Assembly: GCA_964534185.1 (NCBI GenBank)
Contig: CAZHOH010000007.1
Coordinates: forward strand, 1-60,036
Length of the DNA: 60,036 nucleotides
Direction of reading: 5' to 3'
Origin: Candidatus Woesearchaeota archaeon
GTDB taxonomy: Archaea; Nanobdellota; Nanobdellia; Pacearchaeales; GW2011-AR1
A model generated the notes under the pieces. That model was not told the DNA's origin. It worked only from the letters and a program-made list of their open reading frames with translations, and did no database searches. A program made the position numbers and the translations under genes. Each line of letters begins with the position of its first letter. Position 1 is the stretch's first letter. Below are positions 45,279 to 54,813 of this stretch, piece after piece.

Positions 45279-46318
45279 TGTTCTTGGTAAATTTTTTTTA
45301 ATTTAGAGGCTATTGAATCCCAGTCATAAATTTCTGATAACTTTTTACCTCTTATTCCGATTGTTTTCATTTTCTGGGAGTTTTTTATCGAGTATTCTAA
45401 TTTATCCTCTAAATCGTTTGCATTTTGATTTTTGAAGAATATTGCTTCGTCTTTGATTACTGATTTGAAAGCAGGGATGTCCGATACTATTAAAGGACGC
45501 CCTGATGCTAAAGATTCAAAAAGGGTTAAAGGAAGTCCTTCCCATAGGCTTGGTAAAACTATGCAATAAGACGATTTAAGGCTTTTCACAATTTCTTTTC
45601 TATCTGAAATATATCCTCTCCAAATTATGTTTTTGTTTATGAATTCTTTTTGAAGTTCTTTGGCGTATTCATTTATTTCTCCGATTATTTCTAAGCGAAA
45701 TTGAGGATATTTTTTGTTTAAATTAGAAAAAGCTTTTAGTAAATAGATTATGCCTTTTTGTCTATGAATTCTTCCTATAAAGGTGATTTTCTTTTCCATC
45801 TTTGAGTCTATTTTTTGATATATTGATAGATCTACACCGTTTGGCAAATAAGCTAATTTTTTGAAATAGCTCTTAAGTGTTTTTTTATCTTCTTTATTTA
45901 CTGCAATTATTTGGTTTGCAAATTTTAAGGGATTTAGAAAAATAATTCTCAACAATTGATTGTCATAAAATTTGAATCCATTTATTCCATGAATCGTTAC
46001 AACAACTTTAAATCTAAGTCTTAAAATCGGAGTTAAATAATATAATAGATTTTCATGAAGATGAATTAGGGCATATTCTTTTCTTGGTTTTATTAATAGA
46101 TAAAGAAGATATATGGATGAAAAAAGTGCGAAAAAGATATTTCTCAAGAAAGTGGAGTAATGAGTTATAGGCAATTCTATCTTGTTTTTGCATAAAGAGC
46201 CTTTTTGAGTTAGGGCAGTACTGTTTATCCTTTGACTTATCTCAAAAATATGTCTCTCGCTGCCTCCTTCTTGGGGGGAAGTGAATCCGACCATTAAAAC
46301 TTTTTTCATTTTTTCCAT
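45275..46318 (-). CDS. Glycosyltransferase family 4
   Basis: GGSE, PNGVD, GRIHRQKG, WEGLPLTLFE. Confidence 0.93.
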   Translation of the reverse strand: MEKMKKVLMVGFTSPQEGGSERHIFEISQRINSTALTQKGSLCKNKIELPITHYSTFLRNIFFALFSSIYLLYLLIKPRKEYALIHLHENLLYYLTPILRLRFKVVVTIHGINGFKFYDNQLLRIIFLNPLKFANQIIAVNKEDKKTLKSYFKKLAYLPNGVDLSIYQKIDSKMEKKITFIGRIHRQKGIIYLLKAFSNLNKKYPQFRLEIIGEINEYAKELQKEFINKNIIWRGYISDRKEIVKSLKSSYCIVLPSLWEGLPLTLFESLASGRPLIVSDIPAFKSVIKDEAIFFKNQNANDLEDKLEYSIKNSQKMKTIGIRGKKLSEIYDWDSIASKLKKIYQEQ

Positions 46319-47190
46319 TGTTTTGGGACTTTGACTTTTAATTCTTTTTCAAGCAAATTTATTTCTGGCTCAAAATATCTTTTTAGATATTCTTTTGTTT
46401 TAGGCGGGATTTTTTTAAATTTGCCTTTTGACTTGACATTTGCCTTGTAGTCTATGTAATTAATTATTTTTCTAATTCCTGTTGTGTCTATTAAAAATCT
46501 GAAATAATTTACTATCCCCAACTTATTTAGGAACATTGAAACTTTTTTTGTGGTTCTTCTAATTTGAGGGAGTTTTAAATCATCTGTCGTATTTTTATCT
46601 ACATTTAATTTCAAATTTATCTTTTCAATATTTAAAAAATTGAATAAATCCTCTAGAGTTTTTTTTGGTGAATCTTTTATGTCCTTCATGAAAATGATAT
46701 GTATTTGTTTTTTTGGAAATTTATCAAAAAAGGGCTTTAACAATTCAAAATATCTGCTGTGATGTAAGAGATCTTTTCTTTGGCTTACATACTCCTGAAA
46801 TGAACCTTTTATTTCACCATTTGTGTACATTAACCTATATAAAGAGTATTCGTGCTCTACGGGATTTCTAAGGCAGAAGATTATTTTTACATTCGGAAGT
46901 TTTTCTTTTATTTCTTGAGCAGAAGAGGTATCTAATGCTGTCAAAATACTCATATCTATTATTTTTTTGTCCTTAGGTGCATTTTTAAAATAGCTTAGAT
47001 AACCTTTCCACCCCATTTTTCTATTTGGATTTTTGAGATTTTTATTCGAAAGATAATAATAAGTTTTATTGAAATAATTTATTTCTTTGTTCTTGGGAAT
47101 GAATATTTGGGGATGTTGTTTCAACACATTAAAAAGCCAAGTTGTTCCGGATCTTGGCATCCCTGCTACAATTACGTCCGGCGTTTTCAT
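46306..47190 (-). CDS. PAPS-dependent sulfotransferase
   Basis: 5'-PSB GMPRSGTTWL, HPQI, KE..YF, 3'-PB LRNP...YS. Confidence 0.9.
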   Translation of the reverse strand: MKTPDVIVAGMPRSGTTWLFNVLKQHPQIFIPKNKEINYFNKTYYYLSNKNLKNPNRKMGWKGYLSYFKNAPKDKKIIDMSILTALDTSSAQEIKEKLPNVKIIFCLRNPVEHEYSLYRLMYTNGEIKGSFQEYVSQRKDLLHHSRYFELLKPFFDKFPKKQIHIIFMKDIKDSPKKTLEDLFNFLNIEKINLKLNVDKNTTDDLKLPQIRRTTKKVSMFLNKLGIVNYFRFLIDTTGIRKIINYIDYKANVKSKGKFKKIPPKTKEYLKRYFEPEINLLEKELKVKVPKQWKK

Positions 47191-47789
47191 TTTTTAATTG
47201 CCACACCCAATAGATTATTTTTTGTTTTTGAAAATAGGAAATCAAATGCTTTTAAATTATATCTCCACAATAATGGGATAGCCCTAAGCCTTTTGATAAA
47301 GATTTTTTCGAATCCGTGCATCTGAAGTGCTTGACAAAGGCTATTCATTGTGTAAGGAGTGCAATGAGTGTAATCGTCAAAAAATTCGCCTAAAGACAGA
47401 TGTTTGGCATTTGGAGTCATAATAATTACTCTCCCTTTTTTTTTCAAAATTCTATGATGTTCACTAAAAAATTTATATGTATCTAAGATGTGTTCTGCTA
47501 TATCTCTTGAGATTATTAAATCAAACTCTTGATTCTTTAGTGGCAAACCCTTAGTTATATCTCCTTTTATACACTCTCTGAACTTTGGATCTAAATCAAC
47601 TGCTGAAACATTCTTATATCCTAATTTTTTAAGTGCGAAATAAAAATGCCCTCTTCCTGAGGCCAAATCCAATATTTTTATTTCTCTGTCCTTTGGAATA
47701 AATCCTCTTTCCACTAACCACCTTATGAGGTTAAAGTTATATTCTATTTCATATTTTTTTGGTTTTTGATGCCAGTAACTAAATTCCAT
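47187..47789 (-). CDS. SAM-dependent methyltransferase
   Basis: ILDLASGRG, AEHI, RILK, TPN, DDYTH. Confidence 0.9.
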   Translation of the reverse strand: MEFSYWHQKPKKYEIEYNFNLIRWLVERGFIPKDREIKILDLASGRGHFYFALKKLGYKNVSAVDLDPKFRECIKGDITKGLPLKNQEFDLIISRDIAEHILDTYKFFSEHHRILKKKGRVIIMTPNAKHLSLGEFFDDYTHCTPYTMNSLCQALQMHGFEKIFIKRLRAIPLLWRYNLKAFDFLFSKTKNNLLGVAIKK

Positions 47790-48670
47790 TATATCTTCCT
47801 GTAAATACGCTTTATAATCCTAATCTTTCTTGCTAATGCTCTTATTAGGGGATATTTTCTGTTTGTTGAATAGATTGGCTGTTCAACTATTTCTCCACCA
47901 AACCTCTCTTTAAATTTATTTATATTGTAGGTTTTGTCTCCTTCAATTGCTTCTTTATCGTATCCTCCTAAGTCCACATAGTTTAAACCTTGATTTTTTG
48001 AGAAAAGGATTAAGTTCCAGTATAAGAATGGCATTGCCTGGAGTTTTGTTCCTTTTTCTGTGGAGGCAGTTAAATCAAGAATCGAATAATTGTTTTCTTT
48101 ATCAATTAAGAGCAATCCTCCTGCGAGCATTTCTGAGTCTTGTTTTACGATAAATAGTTTTGAAATAGGAGTATTCGCTAATTTTTGTATGAATTCAATT
48201 TTCTCAGGCTTAAAGTTATTTTTGGCAATGTTTTTGTATATTTGGTGAAACTGATTAATTTTGGCAAGATTAACTTCTTCAAAAATCAGCTTGTTTTTTT
48301 GGGCTGTTTTTACTCCCCATCTTATTGATTTTTTTTCTAAATTTTTCCATAATTCCTCTTCTGTTTGTTTGAGGTTAATAAGGATTGTATAATTGGTGTT
48401 TTTTATGAAGCCTTGATTTTTTAAGATTTCTTCATTTTTATTTATGAGTGTTGGTGAAAGAAGTCCATAATAATAGCCCTTTGAGCTTTGTTTTAATAGT
48501 GTTAAATCCTCTTTGTTTGGAACTCCACGGGTTTCTAAAGTTTTTTTCTTTATGCCTAAAAATGAAATTTCTTTTTCGATTACAAAGAAATTCTTGTTGA
48601 GTTCTATAAGTTTTTTTCCTGAAACTAATAATGCCTTTTTGTATTCTTTTGATTGGTAAACGCCTTTCAT
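47789..48670 (-). CDS. FemAB/FemX-like (GNAT-fold) aminoacyltransferase
   Basis: TILINL...EEELW.NL..K.IRW.V, LYW..I, DLGG, FKERFGG. Confidence 0.82.
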   Translation of the reverse strand: MKGVYQSKEYKKALLVSGKKLIELNKNFFVIEKEISFLGIKKKTLETRGVPNKEDLTLLKQSSKGYYYGLLSPTLINKNEEILKNQGFIKNTNYTILINLKQTEEELWKNLEKKSIRWGVKTAQKNKLIFEEVNLAKINQFHQIYKNIAKNNFKPEKIEFIQKLANTPISKLFIVKQDSEMLAGGLLLIDKENNYSILDLTASTEKGTKLQAMPFLYWNLILFSKNQGLNYVDLGGYDKEAIEGDKTYNINKFKERFGGEIVEQPIYSTNRKYPLIRALARKIRIIKRIYRKI

Positions 48671-48697
48671 TTTAAGCAATATTTGAAAATGATTTGG

Positions 48698-49696
48698 TTA
48701 CTTATATTTATCTATGTGTTGCCTATAAAATCTCGCTGTTTTTTCTAACCCCTCTGTAAAAGAATTAGTTGGTTTCCATCCAAATTCTTTTGAAATTCTT
48801 GAAATGTCTGAATAAAAATCTCCTGTTTCAACATTCTCAATATTTTCTGGCCAAGGAATATGTTTTACATTGCCTGAGCCTATAATCTCGGATACACTTT
48901 CTACCATTTCTTTGAAAGAAATGGGGGTTCCAGAACCAAGATTATAAACTCTTTCTTTTGGATTTGGGTGAATTCCCCCTATTGTTAATGCTTCAACTAA
49001 GTCTTCAATGAATATATAATCTCTCAATTGATTCCCATCCCCATAAATAGTTAAAGGTTTACCTTCAAGTGCTTGTCTTACAAACCAATTCACTATGCCA
49101 TACCCTGGATGTTTAACCTGAGCTTTTGGACCAAAAGGATTTGTTATTCTGAAAACCATAGTGTCTAATTTATGGTGTTGGTTATAAGCCCGATAGTATA
49201 ATTCACCTGTGGATTTGTGAACTGCATAAATACTTAAGGGATTAAGTGAGTGTTCTTCTTTAACTGGAAGTTCATTAGGTAAGACTCTTCCATATTGCAT
49301 TCTTGAACCTGGAAATAAAATTCTTGATTCGGGGTTTTCTTTTTTGCAAGAATCTAGGATGTTTAAATGTCCCTGACAATTTATATCTAAATCTAATCCT
49401 GGCTCTTGCATGCTGAAATTATGGTCTACTTGAGCAGCTAGACTGAAAATAATATCCTTTCCTTTAATATTTCTTAAGACTGCTTCTTTATCCCTTATAT
49501 CAGATATATCAACATTAATTTTATCGCGAATAACTGAAACGTTAAAATCATTCGCCCCATAACGTGGCAATTTTGCATCCATTACTGAAACGTTGGCCCC
49601 AAGGTCAACAAGCCTATTTGCAAGATTGCTTCCTATAAAACCAAGCCCTCCAGTTATTAATACTTTCTTTCCTGCATATGAATCTAATCCACCCAT
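48698..49696 (-). CDS. NAD-dependent nucleotide-sugar epimerase/dehydratase (extended SDR)
   Basis: ITGGLGFIGS, YxxxK (YAVHK), GDGNQLRDYIF. Confidence 0.94.
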   Translation of the reverse strand: MGGLDSYAGKKVLITGGLGFIGSNLANRLVDLGANVSVMDAKLPRYGANDFNVSVIRDKINVDISDIRDKEAVLRNIKGKDIIFSLAAQVDHNFSMQEPGLDLDINCQGHLNILDSCKKENPESRILFPGSRMQYGRVLPNELPVKEEHSLNPLSIYAVHKSTGELYYRAYNQHHKLDTMVFRITNPFGPKAQVKHPGYGIVNWFVRQALEGKPLTIYGDGNQLRDYIFIEDLVEALTIGGIHPNPKERVYNLGSGTPISFKEMVESVSEIIGSGNVKHIPWPENIENVETGDFYSDISRISKEFGWKPTNSFTEGLEKTARFYRQHIDKYK

Positions 49697-49739
49697 ATTT
49701 TTGTTTCGGGAGAAGGAGTTAATAAAGATTATTGTGAAA

Positions 49740-50867
49740 TTAAGAAATTGATGAATAGACTCTCACAAACTTTTTGGCTACTTTCTTAGAGGAATATCTC
49801 TCTAAAATTGTTTTCCTTGCATTTTCTCCGATTTTCTCTAAATTTATATTTTCGATTTTATCCAGGGTATTTATTATTGTTTCTGGTTTATTGTCTTTTA
49901 GTAAAAAGCCGTTTTTTTTATCCTTGATTAATGTTGACAAGTCCCCAACATTTGTTGTTATTGGTATAACTTTGCAACTCATTGCCTCAAGAATGGAGTA
50001 AGGAAGCCCTTCAAATTCTGAGGGGAGTATTGTAAATCTTGCTTTTTTATAAAAATTGAGGGTTTGTTGTGGATTTAAATATCCGAGGAAACAGGTATTT
50101 TTTTTAGCCAAATTTTTCAATTCTTTTTCTAGTTCCCCATTTCCTATCAAGAATAATCTATAGTCTTTTAGTTTATTTAATGCCCTTATTAGTCTATCTA
50201 GAGATTTTTGTTTTGTAAATCTTGCAGCTGTTACGATTAATTTTTTTTCTTTTTTATGAGAAGTTTGCCAAAAATCAGTATCCACCATATTATTCACTAA
50301 AACTCCCTTGGATTTATCTCCTGCAAGAGCAAGATAGTAATTTAATGTTTCCTCTCCTTGAGAAATTAATCTTTTTGCTTTTTTAACGTTGTATTTTGCA
50401 ATTATTTTATACAAAGAATTTAAAGAGACTGCAGCAAACTTTTGTTTTTTTGAGAGATATAACTTTTCAAAACCTTGTGAGTGAATTCCATGACATGTTA
50501 TGGTAAAATTTTTTTTAGATAAGCTTGCAGGGAGTGCAGTAGTTATAGGGCTTTGGCAATCAATTATTTCTGGATTTATTTGTTTTAATTTTCTTAGTGA
50601 TGCAAGAACAAAGGTTAGCTCAAATAAGAATCTATAAAAATATTGGATTATGCCTCCTTCAAATTTTTTATGTTTAATTCCAACATTATGTAAAATTATG
50701 TTTTTTGGACAGTGGGAAATCTTTTCGTAGTTTTTGGAGGGTTTTGAGGATAAGATATGTACTTCATGCCCTAACTCTGCAAGGGATTTTCCTAAATTCA
50801 TTAAATGGGTTGTGCCTCCTCCGATTACATAAGGAAAAGGCATTAACTCTATTAAGCATATTTTCAT
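49740..50867 (-). CDS. Glycosyltransferase family 4
   Basis: GG.TH, ARFTKQK, FEGLPYSILEAM. Confidence 0.93.
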   Translation of the reverse strand: MKICLIELMPFPYVIGGGTTHLMNLGKSLAELGHEVHILSSKPSKNYEKISHCPKNIILHNVGIKHKKFEGGIIQYFYRFLFELTFVLASLRKLKQINPEIIDCQSPITTALPASLSKKNFTITCHGIHSQGFEKLYLSKKQKFAAVSLNSLYKIIAKYNVKKAKRLISQGEETLNYYLALAGDKSKGVLVNNMVDTDFWQTSHKKEKKLIVTAARFTKQKSLDRLIRALNKLKDYRLFLIGNGELEKELKNLAKKNTCFLGYLNPQQTLNFYKKARFTILPSEFEGLPYSILEAMSCKVIPITTNVGDLSTLIKDKKNGFLLKDNKPETIINTLDKIENINLEKIGENARKTILERYSSKKVAKKFVRVYSSIS

Positions 50868-50938
50868 AATTTTGGATAAATGGAGGGGTTTAAATAATTA
50901 TCTTAAAATTATTTAAAGGAAGCTTTATTTTGTTGGTT

Positions 50939-51802
50939 ATGGTTAAGGGATTAGTTTCTGTGGTAATTCCTGTTTATAATGAAGAAAAGGTTATTGGAAA
51001 GTGTCTTAGTTCCTTATTAAAACAATCTTATTCGGAATCTAAAATAGAAATTATTGTTGTTGACGATGGTTCTAAAGACAACACTCGGAAAATTGTTGGA
51101 GAATATTCGAAAAAAAACAAGAAAATAAAACTTATAGAAGGAGAGCATAAAGGGCCGGGTTTTTCGAGGAATCTGGGAGTTAAAAAGGCTAGAGGAGAAA
51201 TTTTAGTTTTTGTTGATGCTGACATGGTTTTGGAGAAAGATTATTTGAAATATTTAGTTGGGCCCATACTTGAGGGGAAAGTTATTGGTACTGAAGAAAA
51301 AAAACAAATTGCTTCTAATCCTGAAAATATTTGGAGTAGGTGTTGGGGGGCTTATGCTAAGGATCAGGAGGGCAATAAAGGGAGGATATTTAGGGCAATA
51401 TTGAAATCTGAATTTGAAAGATTGGGAGGGTTTGATCCGAGGCATGGTTATGCAGATGATATGACTTTTTTTATTAAGTTTGGCTTAGAATCTCAAATTG
51501 CGGAAAAAGCGTTTTGTTATCACAAAAACCCTGAGACATTAAAAGAAGTGTATAAACAAAGCAGGTGGATTGGAGCTTCCTTGCAAAAAAGAGGGGTTAA
51601 AGGGGTTGTAGGTTATTTTACTCCTTTTGTTTTAATCTTGGTTGCCATACTTGCAATTCCCTTGTTGGCAATTAAAAAATCTAGAGAGATTGATAATTGG
51701 AAATTATTTTTTCCTTGGATGTTGATTTTTATGAGTGTCAGGTATGTTGGAACACTAGATGGAATTTTTAGAAGGAAATATTTCGGGAAGAATATTAGGT
51801 AG
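50939..51802 (+). CDS. Glycosyltransferase family 2
   Basis: VVIPVYNEE, DDGSKD, RNLG, DAD, GGFD. Confidence 0.93.
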   Translation: MVKGLVSVVIPVYNEEKVIGKCLSSLLKQSYSESKIEIIVVDDGSKDNTRKIVGEYSKKNKKIKLIEGEHKGPGFSRNLGVKKARGEILVFVDADMVLEKDYLKYLVGPILEGKVIGTEEKKQIASNPENIWSRCWGAYAKDQEGNKGRIFRAILKSEFERLGGFDPRHGYADDMTFFIKFGLESQIAEKAFCYHKNPETLKEVYKQSRWIGASLQKRGVKGVVGYFTPFVLILVAILAIPLLAIKKSREIDNWKLFFPWMLIFMSVRYVGTLDGIFRRKYFGKNIR

Positions 51803-53339
51803 CCCCGATAGGAGAAAACTTTAATTTTTTTAGGAAAAGATTTATTACATAAACGTCATTTTTATCAAAACTTTTTGTTATAAAAATTAGAAAGATATAG
51901 ATAAGGAAAAATAAAATAGAGATTGCAGATATTGAAATGAGGTTGACTTCTACAATTGAACGAGCATAAAGTACAATACTCATAGGTATTGCAGAGATTA
52001 GTAAAATTATGAAGATTTTTCTTCTTAAAGGGATGATTGAGAGACTTTTACTTACTTGAAACAAGAATAGTCCATGAAGTATTACTACAGAAATTGTTGT
52101 GGCTATTGCTGCCCCATTTATTCCGTATTGTGGCACCAATAAGTAGTTTAAGATTATGTTTAAAATTCCAACCATCATAGTATCTACAAGTATTGTCTTT
52201 GACCTGCCACTCATCTCAAGCAGTTTTTGAGATATGATAATCAGTGATGAGAAAAATGCCCCTATAGAAAGAATTCTTAAGGTATTCTCAGCTACCAGAT
52301 AGTCGCTTCCAAAAAGGCTGTTGATTATCAACCCTGGGAAAAGAAACATGATTAAAAATACGGGGAGATTTAGAATGAATATCCATTTCCCTACTTGTTT
52401 GGACAATTCTCTAATCATTTGCATATTTTTATTGGAGTACTCTTTGTTGATTAGTGGGAAGAATATTCCTATGAAAAGCTCAGGAGCTAGTGTTAAAAGG
52501 AGTGCTATTGGAACTGCTGCATTATAAAATCCCACATGTTCGACAGACAAAAAGTATCCAACCATAAAACTGTCTGTCCAGTAAAAGATAGAGAGTACTA
52601 TTGAAGAAAAAATAAAAGGCCAAGAATAAGAAAGCAAGTTTGTCCAAATTTTTTTCTTTGTCTTTTTTTCTAGTTTGTAATGTCCTAATGCAGATGAAGT
52701 GTTTTTCTTGATTACAATATAAGAAACCAAGACTGAGACCAGGATTCCTAGAGAGTAAGAAAGGGGGAGGGAAATTGCTTTAAAACCAAGAAATAGGAAA
52801 ATTAAAATAGAACTCACTTTTACTCCGTTATTGAAAATATGTACAATTGATGACTGCCAGGCTACTCTTTCATAAGCATTAAGCAAACCTAATAGAAGAT
52901 TCATTAAAATTGTTATGGGGACCACAACACTGAAAAGTTTCAACATATATGTAAGAGAAAAGTTATTGAAAATATTTTGTGAGATGAAATCTGCACTAAA
53001 GAACATTATAAACATAAAAATCAACCCCATTATTATAGAAATTGAGACTGATTTTAGGAAGATAAATTTTATTTTATTATATTCTTTTTTGCCCCTATAA
53101 GCTGCTACATACCTAATTATTCCATGGTTTAGTCCTAAAGCAGCCAAGGTTATGAACCAACCGCTTATCATCAAGGCAATTGCAAAAGAACCATAAAGTT
53201 CTGCACCAAAATATCTTGCAATAATTATTCTGTAAACATAGGATGCTATTTTTGAGAACATAAGTCCAGCAAAAATAAATAGTGAAGTTTTTGCAATAAT
53301 TCCAAGATAGTTGTCAAACCTCTGCTCTGAATAAACCAT
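51795..53339 (-). CDS. Flippase (Wzx/MOP family, 14 TM)
   Basis: ARYFG..YG, TDSFM.GYF, VGFYNAA, LVP.YG..GAA.AT. Confidence 0.92.
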   Translation of the reverse strand: MVYSEQRFDNYLGIIAKTSLFIFAGLMFSKIASYVYRIIIARYFGAELYGSFAIALMISGWFITLAALGLNHGIIRYVAAYRGKKEYNKIKFIFLKSVSISIIMGLIFMFIMFFSADFISQNIFNNFSLTYMLKLFSVVVPITILMNLLLGLLNAYERVAWQSSIVHIFNNGVKVSSILIFLFLGFKAISLPLSYSLGILVSVLVSYIVIKKNTSSALGHYKLEKKTKKKIWTNLLSYSWPFIFSSIVLSIFYWTDSFMVGYFLSVEHVGFYNAAVPIALLLTLAPELFIGIFFPLINKEYSNKNMQMIRELSKQVGKWIFILNLPVFLIMFLFPGLIINSLFGSDYLVAENTLRILSIGAFFSSLIIISQKLLEMSGRSKTILVDTMMVGILNIILNYLLVPQYGINGAAIATTISVVILHGLFLFQVSKSLSIIPLRRKIFIILLISAIPMSIVLYARSIVEVNLISISAISILFFLIYIFLIFITKSFDKNDVYVINLFLKKLKFSPIGAT

Positions 53340-53380
53340 AAAATATGAAAATAAAGAAGTTATTTAAACATTCCTTGAAG

Positions 53381-54058
53381 TTATTTTTTAGCTAAGACGC
53401 AGTAATTTATAGTGAATACTTCGCTGTAAAGAATTTTATCTAATTTTTTTCCTACGAAATTTAGGGAAAAGATTAAAGGCTTTGCAACAAACTTTGGCAG
53501 TTTTTCAGAAATTCCCCAAACAATAAGCTGGAAAATTGATAATAAAGCTCCGCCTTGGGGTTTTATTTCAACTTTTTCAAAATCTTGGAAAATCTTTTTG
53601 AGAGCATATTTTGTGAAACGATAATAATCATGGGGTTCTCCATGTAGAGGGGCAGCCATGTGGGTTGTGAGGAGACAAATGCCTCCTTTTTTTAACACTC
53701 TATGAATTTCTTTGATTGCTTTTTGTGGATTTTCTATATGTTCTAAAACTTGAAAACAGACAACAGAATCTATAGAGTTTTGTTTTAGAGGAATTTTTTT
53801 TGTTATGTCTGCTTTTATATCAATTCCAGGATAATCATGATTGTCTAACTTAATATATTCTTGAGCGTTTTTGAAAAATTTTCTGTAAGGAGATTTTCCT
53901 GCACCAACATCTAAAACTTTTCCTTTTATTAATGGAGATAATTTTTTTACATCTTTTAGAATTTCTGAGAAGTGGAGGTAAATATCATCAGTTAATTTTG
54001 GTCTTGTCCAGACTCTGAGAGGTCTTTTGGTTTGGCCTGTCCACTCTTTTTTATCCAT
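53381..54058 (-). CDS. SAM-dependent methyltransferase
   Basis: VLDVGAG, QVLEH, HGEPHDY.RFT; alternative TTG start at 54097. Confidence 0.9.
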   Translation of the reverse strand: MDKKEWTGQTKRPLRVWTRPKLTDDIYLHFSEILKDVKKLSPLIKGKVLDVGAGKSPYRKFFKNAQEYIKLDNHDYPGIDIKADITKKIPLKQNSIDSVVCFQVLEHIENPQKAIKEIHRVLKKGGICLLTTHMAAPLHGEPHDYYRFTKYALKKIFQDFEKVEIKPQGGALLSIFQLIVWGISEKLPKFVAKPLIFSLNFVGKKLDKILYSEVFTINYCVLAKK

Positions 54059-54093
54059 GTAATCTGCTGGAATTGAGTGTTTAAAAAGAATTA

Positions 54094-54792
54094 TCAATTC
54101 GAAAATCTATATTTCAAAAGTGTCTTTATTGCTTGAATCCCATCCATCCAAGTTATTTTTTTGCCTTCTTTGAAACTGCGGCAATTGTAGCCTATTGGAA
54201 TTTCGTGGATGTTGTAGCCTTTTTTTATTAGTTTTGTAGTTATCTCTGGTTCTATTTCAAATCGGTTTGATTTAAGTTCTATTGTGTCTAAAGCTTCTTT
54301 TGAAATTACTTTATAGCAAGTTTCCATGTCTGTTACTTTTTTTCTATATAATGTCTGAGTTAGGAGTGAGAGAAATTTGTTCCCATAATAATGTGAAGGA
54401 ATGTTGAATCCGTATATGTGGCCCATAAGTCTTGAGCCATAAACTACTTTTTCTTTACCTTGGATGATGGGTTTAACAAGTTTTTTGAAATCTTCGGGAT
54501 TGTATTCTAAATCTCCATCCTGGATTGTGATTATTTCTCCTGTTGCGCGTTTGATTCCTGTTCTTATTGCTGCACCTTTTCCTTGGTTTTTTTCGTGATT
54601 TAGAGAGATTATGTTGTTATATTTTTTGGAAATTTTATCTATTTCTCTCTGAGAGTTATCCTGGCTTGCGTCATTTACAATAATGAGCTCTTTTGAAAGA
54701 GTATTGAATCTAACTTTTTGAACTCTTTCCACTATTTGGGAAAGGGTTTTTTCTTCATTATATATGGGGATTATTATGGATATTTTTTTCAT
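54094..54792 (-). CDS. GT2, DPM-synthase-like polyprenyl-phosphate glycosyltransferase
   Basis: IPIYNEE, NQGKGAA, QDGDLEY, DMETCYK, EGKKI. Confidence 0.93.
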   Translation of the reverse strand: MKKISIIIPIYNEEKTLSQIVERVQKVRFNTLSKELIIVNDASQDNSQREIDKISKKYNNIISLNHEKNQGKGAAIRTGIKRATGEIITIQDGDLEYNPEDFKKLVKPIIQGKEKVVYGSRLMGHIYGFNIPSHYYGNKFLSLLTQTLYRKKVTDMETCYKVISKEALDTIELKSNRFEIEPEITTKLIKKGYNIHEIPIGYNCRSFKEGKKITWMDGIQAIKTLLKYRFSN

Positions 54793-54813
54793 ACTGTTAT
54801 TTAATTTTAAGGT

